A DNA stretch of 64,000 nt from Puniceicoccales bacterium (GTDB lineage Bacteria > Verrucomicrobiota > Verrucomicrobiia > Opitutales > UBA9783): assembly GCA_031258545.1 (NCBI GenBank), contig JAIRMU010000019.1, positions 70,219-134,218 on the forward strand. Reading direction: 5' to 3'. The position numbers were made by a program, and so were the translations under genes. Under the pieces are notes generated by a model. The model made no database searches, had not been told where the DNA came from, and saw only the letters and a program-made list of their open reading frames with translations. Positions 40,914 through 47,820 of this stretch are shown piece by piece (within the stretch, counting starts at the first letter, position 1; every line of letters begins with the position of its first letter).

Positions 40914-41061
40914 ATGATATTTCATCAAGTTTACCCCAAAAATATGCTTTGATAATTTAAGCACAGCCGTCTTGGAAGCGCCGCTTAGGTTGTTGGGGAA
41001 CCATCGATCACCCGCTTCGCCCCATCCTCCGTTGCAAACTTGCGCCTAAAATAAACTTTTT
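40914..41061 (+). repeat. Inverted repeat, left copy (IR-L), immediately upstream of the translocator-like gene
   Basis: ATGATATTTCATCAAGTTTACCCCAAAAATATGCTTTG...CACAGCCGTCTTGGAAGCGCCGCTTAGGTTGTTGGGGAACC...CCGTTGCAAACTTGCGCCTAAAATAAACTTTTT aligns with the reverse complement of 43450-43598 (roughly 85-90% identical by eye, one small indel). Confidence 0.88.
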
Positions 41062-41182
41062 AAAAATATGCCCCAAGTAATTTTACCATTAAAGAAATTT
41101 CGAAATAGGTCGAAATTAATTACATACGTGGCAAAATCGCAATGATACGTTGCATAATATGAAATAAGATAGAAGGAAATTT

Positions 41183-42070
41183 ATGAGTACACCAGATATT
41201 AATAGTCTGCAAAGTTACGGTAATGGTACCTATAACGTAGCATTTGACGCCAAAAATGACGCGAAAGATGGGACTTATACGGTCACAAAGGCGGGCGATT
41301 CCTATACGATCAGTAAGGATGGAGTTGCGCAAGTTTCAACCGGTAATTTTAGCGAGGTAAGCAGTTTTTTTGCAGAGGGAGAGGTGTCGAGTATTTCAAC
41401 ACCGAAAACACCCGTTACAAGTCCCGCCAGTAAAATTATCACGGACGATGATATTCGCGCTCTAATGAATTTGCTATTGAAGGCCTTTACATTGATGATC
41501 AATGCACAACGTCAAGGGGATCTCAATGACATGCAGGGGGTACTCAACGCCTTAAATACAAAATTGGAAGCCATGGAAGAATCCAAAGACGCCGCCTATA
41601 ATGCGGCCGTAAAGCAGGCGGTCGGCCAGATGGTATCCGGTGCATTTACGATTGTGGGCGGTTGTTTTCAGGCTGGGGGAGCAATGAAGGGAACAGTTAA
41701 AACTGGTGGTGAGCCTATCCCAGTAAATGATGCAACTGGGAATGGTGGACAGGTTGCTGGAGTCACGCCTGAGGTAACAGAAGACTTTGGGGCAGTAGGT
41801 GCAGGATGGTCAGGAGTTTCCCAAGGATGCGGGACAATGTCACAGGCGGCATGTAGCCTTGATGCTGCATCGGACACCAAAGAACAGCAGGAGGCCGAAA
41901 TCGACAAGGAGCGGGCCAATTCGCAATTGGAATTCTGGAAACAGGGAGAATCAATGGACGAAAAATCCATGGATTCCTTCTTCAACTTTTTGAAAACAAT
42001 TCTCGCCATGTTGCAGGAATACAGGCAAAACGCCGCCAATACGGAGCAAAGCATTGCCCGGATGTCCTAA
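41183..42070 (+). CDS. Hypothetical protein with T3SS translocator-like (SctB/YopD/EspB-class) architecture
   Basis: 295 aa, no Sec signal, Ser/Thr-rich N-terminus. Coiled-coil segments flank one Gly/Ala-rich hydrophobic segment (AVGQMVSGAFTIVGGCFQAGGAM). Amphipathic C-terminus (SFFNFLKTILAMLQEYRQNAANTEQSIARM). Adjacent to the T3SS operon. Architecture only, no motif match. Confidence 0.35.
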   Translation: MSTPDINSLQSYGNGTYNVAFDAKNDAKDGTYTVTKAGDSYTISKDGVAQVSTGNFSEVSSFFAEGEVSSISTPKTPVTSPASKIITDDDIRALMNLLLKAFTLMINAQRQGDLNDMQGVLNALNTKLEAMEESKDAAYNAAVKQAVGQMVSGAFTIVGGCFQAGGAMKGTVKTGGEPIPVNDATGNGGQVAGVTPEVTEDFGAVGAGWSGVSQGCGTMSQAACSLDAASDTKEQQEAEIDKERANSQLEFWKQGESMDEKSMDSFFNFLKTILAMLQEYRQNAANTEQSIARMS

Positions 42071-42110
42071 GGTTTACCCCGATCCCACGCATTCAAAACT
42101 TAAAACCGTC

Positions 42111-42345
42111 TGCGGGGGATCGTTTTGGAGGAAAATGTCTAGCGGTTTTTACGGGACATCAAAAAGCCTGAAGCCGACGCCATAAACACCGCATCAGCCT
42201 AGACACCGGCCCCTCCCTTCGGAGCAACCCTTACCTTCCCCGGTGGGGTTCCAAAATGTGTTCCAATTCCTGAGATTTTACCGCCAAGAGTACCAACAGC
42301 GGGTGCTGGGTTTCTCCTCTGAGGGCAATCATTTCCAGCAGCTTA
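42111..42345 (+). repeat. Direct repeat copy 1 (3' end of the Cys-cluster gene plus its downstream region)
   Basis: GGGGGATCGTTTTGGAGGAAAATGTCTAGCGGTTTTTACGGGACATC...CCGCCAAGAGTACCAACAGCGGGTGCTGGGTTTCTCCTCTGAGGGCAATCATTTCCAGCAGCTTA recurs at 43661-43892 (about four-fifths identical by eye). Confidence 0.85.
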
Positions 42346-43400
42346 CTCTTGAGGCGAAGGAGCTCTATCTGATACCAACCCAAGGGATGAATGGGTGTAC
42401 TCGGCAAACTATCCCTATCGACATATCTATAAATCGGATTGTGCCAGTGTATGAGCGTACTTGTGAGGAACACGTTAATGGGGTCCTCCTCTCTCCTGGG
42501 TACTTGCATGACGTTGAGGAACCAGGTGTGAAACCGATCCCTGACGTTGTCAAAATCGTATTGGGCAAAACCCGTTTGAAAGAGATGCCCGCAATCAATG
42601 CCGACGTAACAGCGGTACAGGTTGACGGTGCGCAAAAATGTTTCGAAATTGATCTGGGCTGCGTTTCTTGGATCGCAGGCATCCATGAGCATTTCCGCGA
42701 TGGGTCGCACAAAATACCTCTGCAGGGTATTGGCCACCTCCCGCAGCGAAGAGGCGCGAAATGTATCGTAGAGGTATTGCACTATCTCGTCCCCCATTTC
42801 CGCCTTAAAATAAAATTTGGCCGTATCTTTCTTGGGCCACCACTCCGTACAAGCCCAGATACCACACGTACCAATAAACATCATGGTGTTAAAGCAACAA
42901 CCAAGATCATATTCGTTAGAGGAACAATCGCAGCAGCAGGCCTTCCAGGCGGGTGCACCGCAGTAGCAGCACTTCTTAATTTCAGCCCTTTGTTCAGCAT
43001 TTAAAAAACTCTCGTAACCAAAATCCTTAAAGTTTCTGGAAAGCCACACCCCAGGTTGGCGGCAAAATTTATTGGCTTTCCAACATCCCAAGAAAAATGG
43101 ATAAACCCGGACGTTCCCTCGCAGGAGAAATGAGGTATCCGCCCAACCTTGCGTACCACCTTCAAACCCGAGTAGACCGCCGCCGCCGTGTTCTGCGTAA
43201 ATGTTACCCATGTCCTCCGTCCATTTGTCGAATAGGCGGATGTAGTTTGCGGCCACTTGGGGATCGCTGGAATTGGCTTGAAAAGCCTGAAAAGCCCGGT
43301 TCAAATCTCTAAACCTATCCGCCCGAAGAAGAGGCGTATGCCATAACATGGCATGCGTAAGCGCCAATGCGCCTAGGAGTACCAATTTTTTTCTCATCAT
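42231..43400 (-). CDS. Hypothetical secreted protein with a dense cysteine cluster
   Basis: Signal-like MMRKKLVLLGALALTHAMLW. 11 Cys within 41 residues (CCYCGAPAWKACCCDCSSNEYDLGCCFNTMMFIGTCGIWAC, 42849-42971). 389 aa. Preferred over the 253-aa antisense ORF. Confidence 0.7.
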   Translation of the reverse strand: MMRKKLVLLGALALTHAMLWHTPLLRADRFRDLNRAFQAFQANSSDPQVAANYIRLFDKWTEDMGNIYAEHGGGGLLGFEGGTQGWADTSFLLRGNVRVYPFFLGCWKANKFCRQPGVWLSRNFKDFGYESFLNAEQRAEIKKCCYCGAPAWKACCCDCSSNEYDLGCCFNTMMFIGTCGIWACTEWWPKKDTAKFYFKAEMGDEIVQYLYDTFRASSLREVANTLQRYFVRPIAEMLMDACDPRNAAQINFETFLRTVNLYRCYVGIDCGHLFQTGFAQYDFDNVRDRFHTWFLNVMQVPRREEDPINVFLTSTLIHWHNPIYRYVDRDSLPSTPIHPLGWYQIELLRLKSKLLEMIALRGETQHPLLVLLAVKSQELEHILEPHRGR

Positions 43401-43449
43401 AAGAATTTCACTCAGTTAAAATTCACCCACCTCTCCTTTTTATGCAAGC

Positions 43450-43598
43450 AAAAAGTTTATTTTAGGCGCAAGTTTGCAACGGATGCCGTGGACGAAGCGG
43501 ATGATTGACGGTTCCCCAACAACCTAAGCGGCGCATCCAAGACGGCTGTGATTAAATTGCCAAAGCATATTTTTGGGGTAAATCGGATAAAATGTCAT
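43450..43598 (-). repeat. Inverted repeat, right copy (IR-R), immediately upstream of the Cys-cluster gene
   Basis: Reverse complement ATGACATTTTATCCGATTTACCCCAAAAATATGCTTTGGCAATTTAATCACAGCCGTCTTGGATGCGCCGCTTAGGTTGTTGGGGAACC...CCGTTGCAAACTTGCGCCTAAAATAAACTTTTT matches IR-L. Confidence 0.88.
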
Positions 43599-43660
43599 AC
43601 CCCAGCTACGTCTCCAACCGCTTGGGCACGATCGGAGATTAATAAAACCTAACGGCGGCC

Positions 43661-43892
43661 TGCAGGGGATGGTTTTGAAGGAGAATGTCTAATGGTTTTT
43701 ACGGGACATCAGAAAACCCGAAGCCTGCGCCATAAACACCGCCTAAGCCTAAACACCGGACCTCCCTTGGGGGCAACAATTACCTTACCCGGTGGGGTTC
43801 AAATTTATTACAAGTCTCGAGATTCTACCGCCAAGAGTACCAACAGCGGGTGCTGGGTTTCGCCTCTGAGGGCGATCATTTCCAGCAGCTTA
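43661..43892 (+). repeat. Direct repeat copy 2
   Basis: Aligns with 42111-42345 in the same orientation. Confidence 0.85.
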
Positions 43893-43897
43893 TGCTT
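43808..43897 (-). pseudogene. Orphan 3'-terminal fragment of a paralogue of the Cys-cluster gene
   Basis: Encodes ...KHKLLEMIALRGETQHPLLVLLAVESRDL*, versus ...KSKLLEMIALRGETQHPLLVLLAVKSQELEHILEPHRGR* at the end of 42231-43400. Upstream homology is lost at ~43900. Confidence 0.65.
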
Positions 43898-44052
43898 TGT
43901 AAGGCTAATCCTTTTGCACTCCCTACGCGGGCGAGAATTAAAGGAAGCGGCAGCCGTCTTGATCTTCCGCCAAGGTAAAGCATCCAAAGTACTTAAGGGA
44001 GCCCCACCCCAGGGCATATTTCTGCACTCCATTCAACCGCAATAATTTTTTG

Positions 44053-44081
44053 TTTACATCGGTTTATTTCCTCATTATAGT
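44053..44081 (+). promoter_or_regulatory. Candidate sigma-70-type promoter of the T3SS operon
   Basis: TTTACA (44053-44058) - 17 nt - TATAGT (44076-44081). It would give a very short leader before ATG 44093, so it is uncertain. Confidence 0.25.
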
Positions 44082-44092
44082 TGATATGTCTC

Positions 44093-45604
44093 ATGGACTC
44101 GCAAGAAACCAGCCAAGCCGAAAACCAAGGGCCAGACAATGCCGTAACACAAGGGCCGGATGTCGCAACGACGGATAATGCCGCAACAAATGATGCCGCA
44201 ATCGACAACGCTGCACCCGACAATGCCGCCTCAACACCCGCAGGTCAGCTTGTTTTGCGCGTATTGTCCGGACCTCACAGCGGCGCAGAAATTGATCTGC
44301 AGGAAACCGCCATCGTTATTGGTAAAGAGGCCGCCTGCGACGTGGTCCTCATCGACCCAGCGCTCAACGATCAACACATCAAAGTATTCCTAAAAGATAG
44401 CAAAATCAACCTGGAAGTCCTCAATGAGTCTCACGTGATCGTGGATGGGGCCCGCGTAACGGGTACCACCGTGCTCCAAAGATTTCAAGCGGTTGTCATC
44501 GGCTCAACGCTGCTATCCATGGGCCCCAACAACGTTACCTGGCCCACCATCTCCGCCGACCAAAAACCCACACAAGAAACACCCGCAACACCCCAAAACG
44601 AATCGACGCCACAACAAGAGATACCCCCCGCTACACCCCCACCCAACGAACCCCCAGTCGTCGATAATACCCATAAAATAAAAATTAAAAAGTATATCAT
44701 CGCCGGAAGCTTAGCCTTACCCGTACTGCTGATCTTCATCGCAAGCTTATTTTCTCCAAAAGAATCCTCCGAATCCAATGAACCCAACAAACCTACATCC
44801 AAGTTATCCACCTATAACAAAACTGCCATTCTCAACATTTTGCAAAAAAACAATATCGACCCCCATAATATCATCCTAGAAGATAAGCAAAATGTGTACG
44901 ATTTGACCGTTTACGTCGAAACCAATATTCACAAACAAAATCTACAAAAAGCATTATCCCCCATACCTTTCAAAAAATTACGCATTTATTCGCAGGAAAA
45001 TTTACTTATTCAAGCCCGGGAAGTGCTAAAAAAATTCAAAACCATTTCCGCTTCAAAAGCAGTCGAACTCAATTCCATCGCACTTCAAGGCTACCTGCAC
45101 GCCATTGACAACCTGCCGAATATTAAAAATCAACTTTTCTCGGACATTGTCGGCCTAAAATCTATTCAAACGGCCATACTTAGTCCCGATGAAGTTTACG
45201 ATATGGCATCAAACTTGCTTACACAGTACGGATTAATGGGACTTCTAAACATACAAACCATCGAATCTGGAATTCTCGTATCCGGCAGTATTCCTACGAA
45301 AAACGAACCCATGTGGAAAGATGCCCATAAAGCCCTTAAAAACATTTTTAGCGGCACCTGCCAAATTCTTACACACGTTGCCGTATTGCCACCGCAATCC
45401 GTAAAACGCTCTTTCTTCAAATCACCCATTGCTTCCGTCTCCATTCCAAAAGATGGTGTTCCGTGGATTGATCTCCAAAACGGAGAACGCTACTTTGAAG
45501 GAACCACTTTACCTTCGAGCTACGTCATTCAATCCATCACGCCGAGTGGCATTATTCTTAACAAAAACGAAGAATCCATCAATTTCACCCTCAACGAACT
45601 ATAA
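44093..45604 (+). CDS. sctD: T3SS inner-membrane ring protein SctD (YscD/CdsD/PrgH class) with N-terminal FHA domain
   Basis: FHA-like LVLRVLSGPHSGAEIDLQETAIVIGKEAACDVVLIDPALNDQHIKVF...VIVDGARV. Pro/Thr linker, single TM YIIAGSLALPVLLIFIASLF, ~270-aa periplasmic part. Track ORF starts at TTG 44081; first ATG is 44093. Confidence 0.8.
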   Translation: MDSQETSQAENQGPDNAVTQGPDVATTDNAATNDAAIDNAAPDNAASTPAGQLVLRVLSGPHSGAEIDLQETAIVIGKEAACDVVLIDPALNDQHIKVFLKDSKINLEVLNESHVIVDGARVTGTTVLQRFQAVVIGSTLLSMGPNNVTWPTISADQKPTQETPATPQNESTPQQEIPPATPPPNEPPVVDNTHKIKIKKYIIAGSLALPVLLIFIASLFSPKESSESNEPNKPTSKLSTYNKTAILNILQKNNIDPHNIILEDKQNVYDLTVYVETNIHKQNLQKALSPIPFKKLRIYSQENLLIQAREVLKKFKTISASKAVELNSIALQGYLHAIDNLPNIKNQLFSDIVGLKSIQTAILSPDEVYDMASNLLTQYGLMGLLNIQTIESGILVSGSIPTKNEPMWKDAHKALKNIFSGTCQILTHVAVLPPQSVKRSFFKSPIASVSIPKDGVPWIDLQNGERYFEGTTLPSSYVIQSITPSGIILNKNEESINFTLNEL

Positions 45605-45607
45605 TCC

Positions 45608-45823
45608 ATGAATCAAAGTCAAAAAATTATTCTTGTGGAAATGGAAACCCAACTCAAGCAAGATACAACAGGAACCTTCCGCAGGAAATTACGCGATCAG
45701 TTGGCCCAATACAAGCAACTTATCAACCAATTGATGCCTTCGGCGCCAGATAAAACACATTTCGATACACTCGAAAGCCTAAAAATGGCATTGCAACACG
45801 CAGAAACAATCGTAACCCACTAA
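45608..45823 (+). CDS. Small helical protein in the position of SctE (YscE/PscE/CdsE needle co-chaperone)
   Basis: 71 aa, predicted helical, located between sctD and sctF. Assignment rests on size and synteny only. Confidence 0.45.
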   Translation: MNQSQKIILVEMETQLKQDTTGTFRRKLRDQLAQYKQLINQLMPSAPDKTHFDTLESLKMALQHAETIVTH

Positions 45824-45827
45824 TATC

Positions 45828-46148
45828 ATGACAGCAGATCCAACAAAAGTAGACGCTAATGCAGATCCTTACGCATTTACAAAACAAGCTACTCTTTGGG
45901 ACCAAACCAAAGTTACAACTATTGATAGAACCGCCAGTAGTATCGTCGGCCTCGTTGCCAAAGGCGAAACGCAGATGAACGCACTCCTTTCAGAACTGGC
46001 AAGCATAGACCCTGGGCAACTTGACCAAAGTCGTCTCATGGCTGCACAAATGACCATGACACGTTGGCAACTAGCTTCACAATTGCTAACCAATTTCCAA
46101 TCAGGTGTCGCAACAGGACTTAAAAACGTGATCCAAAACATTCGTTGA
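45828..46148 (+). CDS. sctF: T3SS needle filament protein SctF
   Basis: C-terminus ...MTRWQLASQLLTNFQSGVATGLKNVIQNIR resembles needle subunits (PrgI/MxiH end ...IDAAIIQNFR). Small helical-hairpin protein; 106 aa, long for the family. Confidence 0.75.
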   Translation: MTADPTKVDANADPYAFTKQATLWDQTKVTTIDRTASSIVGLVAKGETQMNALLSELASIDPGQLDQSRLMAAQMTMTRWQLASQLLTNFQSGVATGLKNVIQNIR

Positions 46149-46156
46149 TTTTAATC

Positions 46157-46615
46157 ATGAATAACTTCTTACAACAAATTCCCAATGAACTTCTACAGTT
46201 GCTTGCCGAAATCGGATACGTGGGCGCCAATAATGGCTTTTTTAAAGAATCGCAAGCTATCTTTGATGCCATCGTTAAAGCACGTCCAGATAGCTTGGAT
46301 GCGCTGCTCGCCCAGGGCATTGGACACATATTTTCAGGCCAAATTGCCAATGGATCCAAAATTTTATTTAGAGTATTGGAAAAAAATCCAGAAAATGAAT
46401 TGGCCAAAAGCTTTCTGGCGGTTGCATTTAAAATGACCAACGTCGACCCGCACGCCGTAGCCGCCGCCGAATCCGTTGTCAAGTATGGAGAAAATCCATC
46501 TGCCAAACAATTGGCACAGGCTATCCTGGACACTTACCAAAAAGAACTTTCTCCCATGGATTTGCAAACCCAACAGGCCAGTCAGTTTTCTAAAACATCC
46601 AACGTACCGTCATGA
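46157..46615 (+). CDS. TPR-like T3SS chaperone in the position of SctG (YscG/PscG/CdsG); could alternatively be a class II translocator chaperone
   Basis: TPR-like repeats (FFKESQAIFDAIVKARPDSLDALLAQGIGHIFSGQIANGSKILFRVLEKNPENELAKSFLAVAF). ATG 46157 lies inside the track ORF that starts at TTG 46145. ATGA overlap with the next gene. Confidence 0.5.
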   Translation: MNNFLQQIPNELLQLLAEIGYVGANNGFFKESQAIFDAIVKARPDSLDALLAQGIGHIFSGQIANGSKILFRVLEKNPENELAKSFLAVAFKMTNVDPHAVAAAESVVKYGENPSAKQLAQAILDTYQKELSPMDLQTQQASQFSKTSNVPS

Positions 46616-47040
46616 GCATCGAAGGCAATACACTGAGTACCATCCAGAAGCAACAAGCCGTCGAGTCCGACATACAAGCTTCGCTCGACATACGCCCGGA
46701 TAATCCAGTTGTAACAAATTTGGACATACCCGAAACTCCTCTGGATGCATTGAATAACCTGCCTCCCACTTTAACGCCGCAACCTACTGCATTTGAAAAC
46801 CGGGCCCCGGGTGACGAAATTCTTCTGGCTCTACAACGCGTCTCCGATAGTCAAGGTGCCAATACAAAAGGCATTCAAGACACCCTCAGCCAAATAAGTA
46901 GTGAAAATGGTCCCATTACCATCGCAGATACGCTCAAATTGCAAAAACTATTGGTGGATTATCAATTAACGCAGGATTTAATATCGAAAGGGGCCGACAA
47001 AATTAGCCAGGGCGCACAAGCGCTTTTCAGAAACCAATAA
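46612..47040 (+). CDS. sctI: T3SS inner rod protein SctI (YscI/PrgJ-like)
   Basis: C-terminus ...TLKLQKLLVDYQLTQDLISKGADKISQGAQALFRNQ resembles inner-rod C-termini. Position immediately upstream of sctJ. Confidence 0.55.
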   Translation: MSIEGNTLSTIQKQQAVESDIQASLDIRPDNPVVTNLDIPETPLDALNNLPPTLTPQPTAFENRAPGDEILLALQRVSDSQGANTKGIQDTLSQISSENGPITIADTLKLQKLLVDYQLTQDLISKGADKISQGAQALFRNQ

Positions 47041-47044
47041 GCGT

Positions 47045-47803
47045 ATGAATTGGAAATCCAGTTTTTCTCTCGTAGCATTGTTTATTTGTGGGTGTAGTCA
47101 ACAAGCCCTGTACACGGGACTGCCAGAAAAGGATGCCAACGATATGGTTGCTATTTTGCTATCCAATCAAGTCAATTGCGATAAAGTCTCGGGAGTGGAA
47201 GGTACCTGGAATATTGTGGTCGATAAAAACCAATTTACGGAAGCCGTCAGCCTACTCAACGAAGTAGGTTATCCTAAAGACAAATTTAGTTCCCTGGGAG
47301 ACGTATTTAAAAAGTCGGGCCTCGTATCCTCACCGCTTGAAGAAAGGGCCCGCTTTATGCATGCCCTATCGGAACAATTGGCCGAAACTTTAACGCACAT
47401 CCACGGTATTGTAACGGCACGTGTTCACATCGTCCTTCCCGACAACGACCCCTATTCGGCCAAAATATTACCCTCATCCGCCTCCGTTTTCATCTCTTAT
47501 CTACCTCAGGTGAATCTAGACGACTGTGTCCGCGACATACGTCAGCTGATAACCAACAGCATCGAAGGTCTTACGTACGATAAAGTCAACGTCGTATTGT
47601 TCCCAGCAACCAATCCCAAAGAACGCTTACCACTCAATTTGTCCACTCAAAAAAATTCGTATACAACCGTTCTTTCCATGAAAATCGCCAAAGATTCCGT
47701 GCTTAAGTTTTGGTTTTTCCTTGGTACTCTTTCCGTAAGCGTGATAGTCATTCTCGGTGGCACAATCTTCTTCCTGAAACAAAAACAATCCTCTCAAAGT
47801 TAA
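47045..47803 (+). CDS. sctJ: T3SS inner-membrane ring lipoprotein SctJ (YscJ/PrgK/EscJ)
   Basis: Lipobox LFICGC, LYTGLPEKDANDMVAILLSNQV, GDVFKKSGLVSSPLEERARF, GIVTARVHIVLP, NSIEGLTYDKVNVVLFP, C-terminal TM. Confidence 0.9.
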   Translation: MNWKSSFSLVALFICGCSQQALYTGLPEKDANDMVAILLSNQVNCDKVSGVEGTWNIVVDKNQFTEAVSLLNEVGYPKDKFSSLGDVFKKSGLVSSPLEERARFMHALSEQLAETLTHIHGIVTARVHIVLPDNDPYSAKILPSSASVFISYLPQVNLDDCVRDIRQLITNSIEGLTYDKVNVVLFPATNPKERLPLNLSTQKNSYTTVLSMKIAKDSVLKFWFFLGTLSVSVIVILGGTIFFLKQKQSSQS

Positions 47804-47820
47804 CGCATGCTCAATTCCCT

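Noticed and set aside
42243-43004. 253-aa plus-strand ORF opposite the Cys-cluster gene.
   Set aside because: The minus-strand ORF is longer, starts with a signal-like peptide and is preceded by the conserved upstream repeat. The plus ORF has no such features. Not fully excluded without expression data.
40914-43598. Inverted repeats considered as the ends of an IS element or composite transposon, and scanned for a sigma-54 promoter.
   Set aside because: No transposase or recombinase ORF lies between or beside them. The repeats are oriented as upstream regions of two unrelated genes rather than as element termini. The only GGCAT...TTGCA pair (in IR-R) has GG-to-GC spacing of 10 instead of 12 and is not conserved in IR-L.
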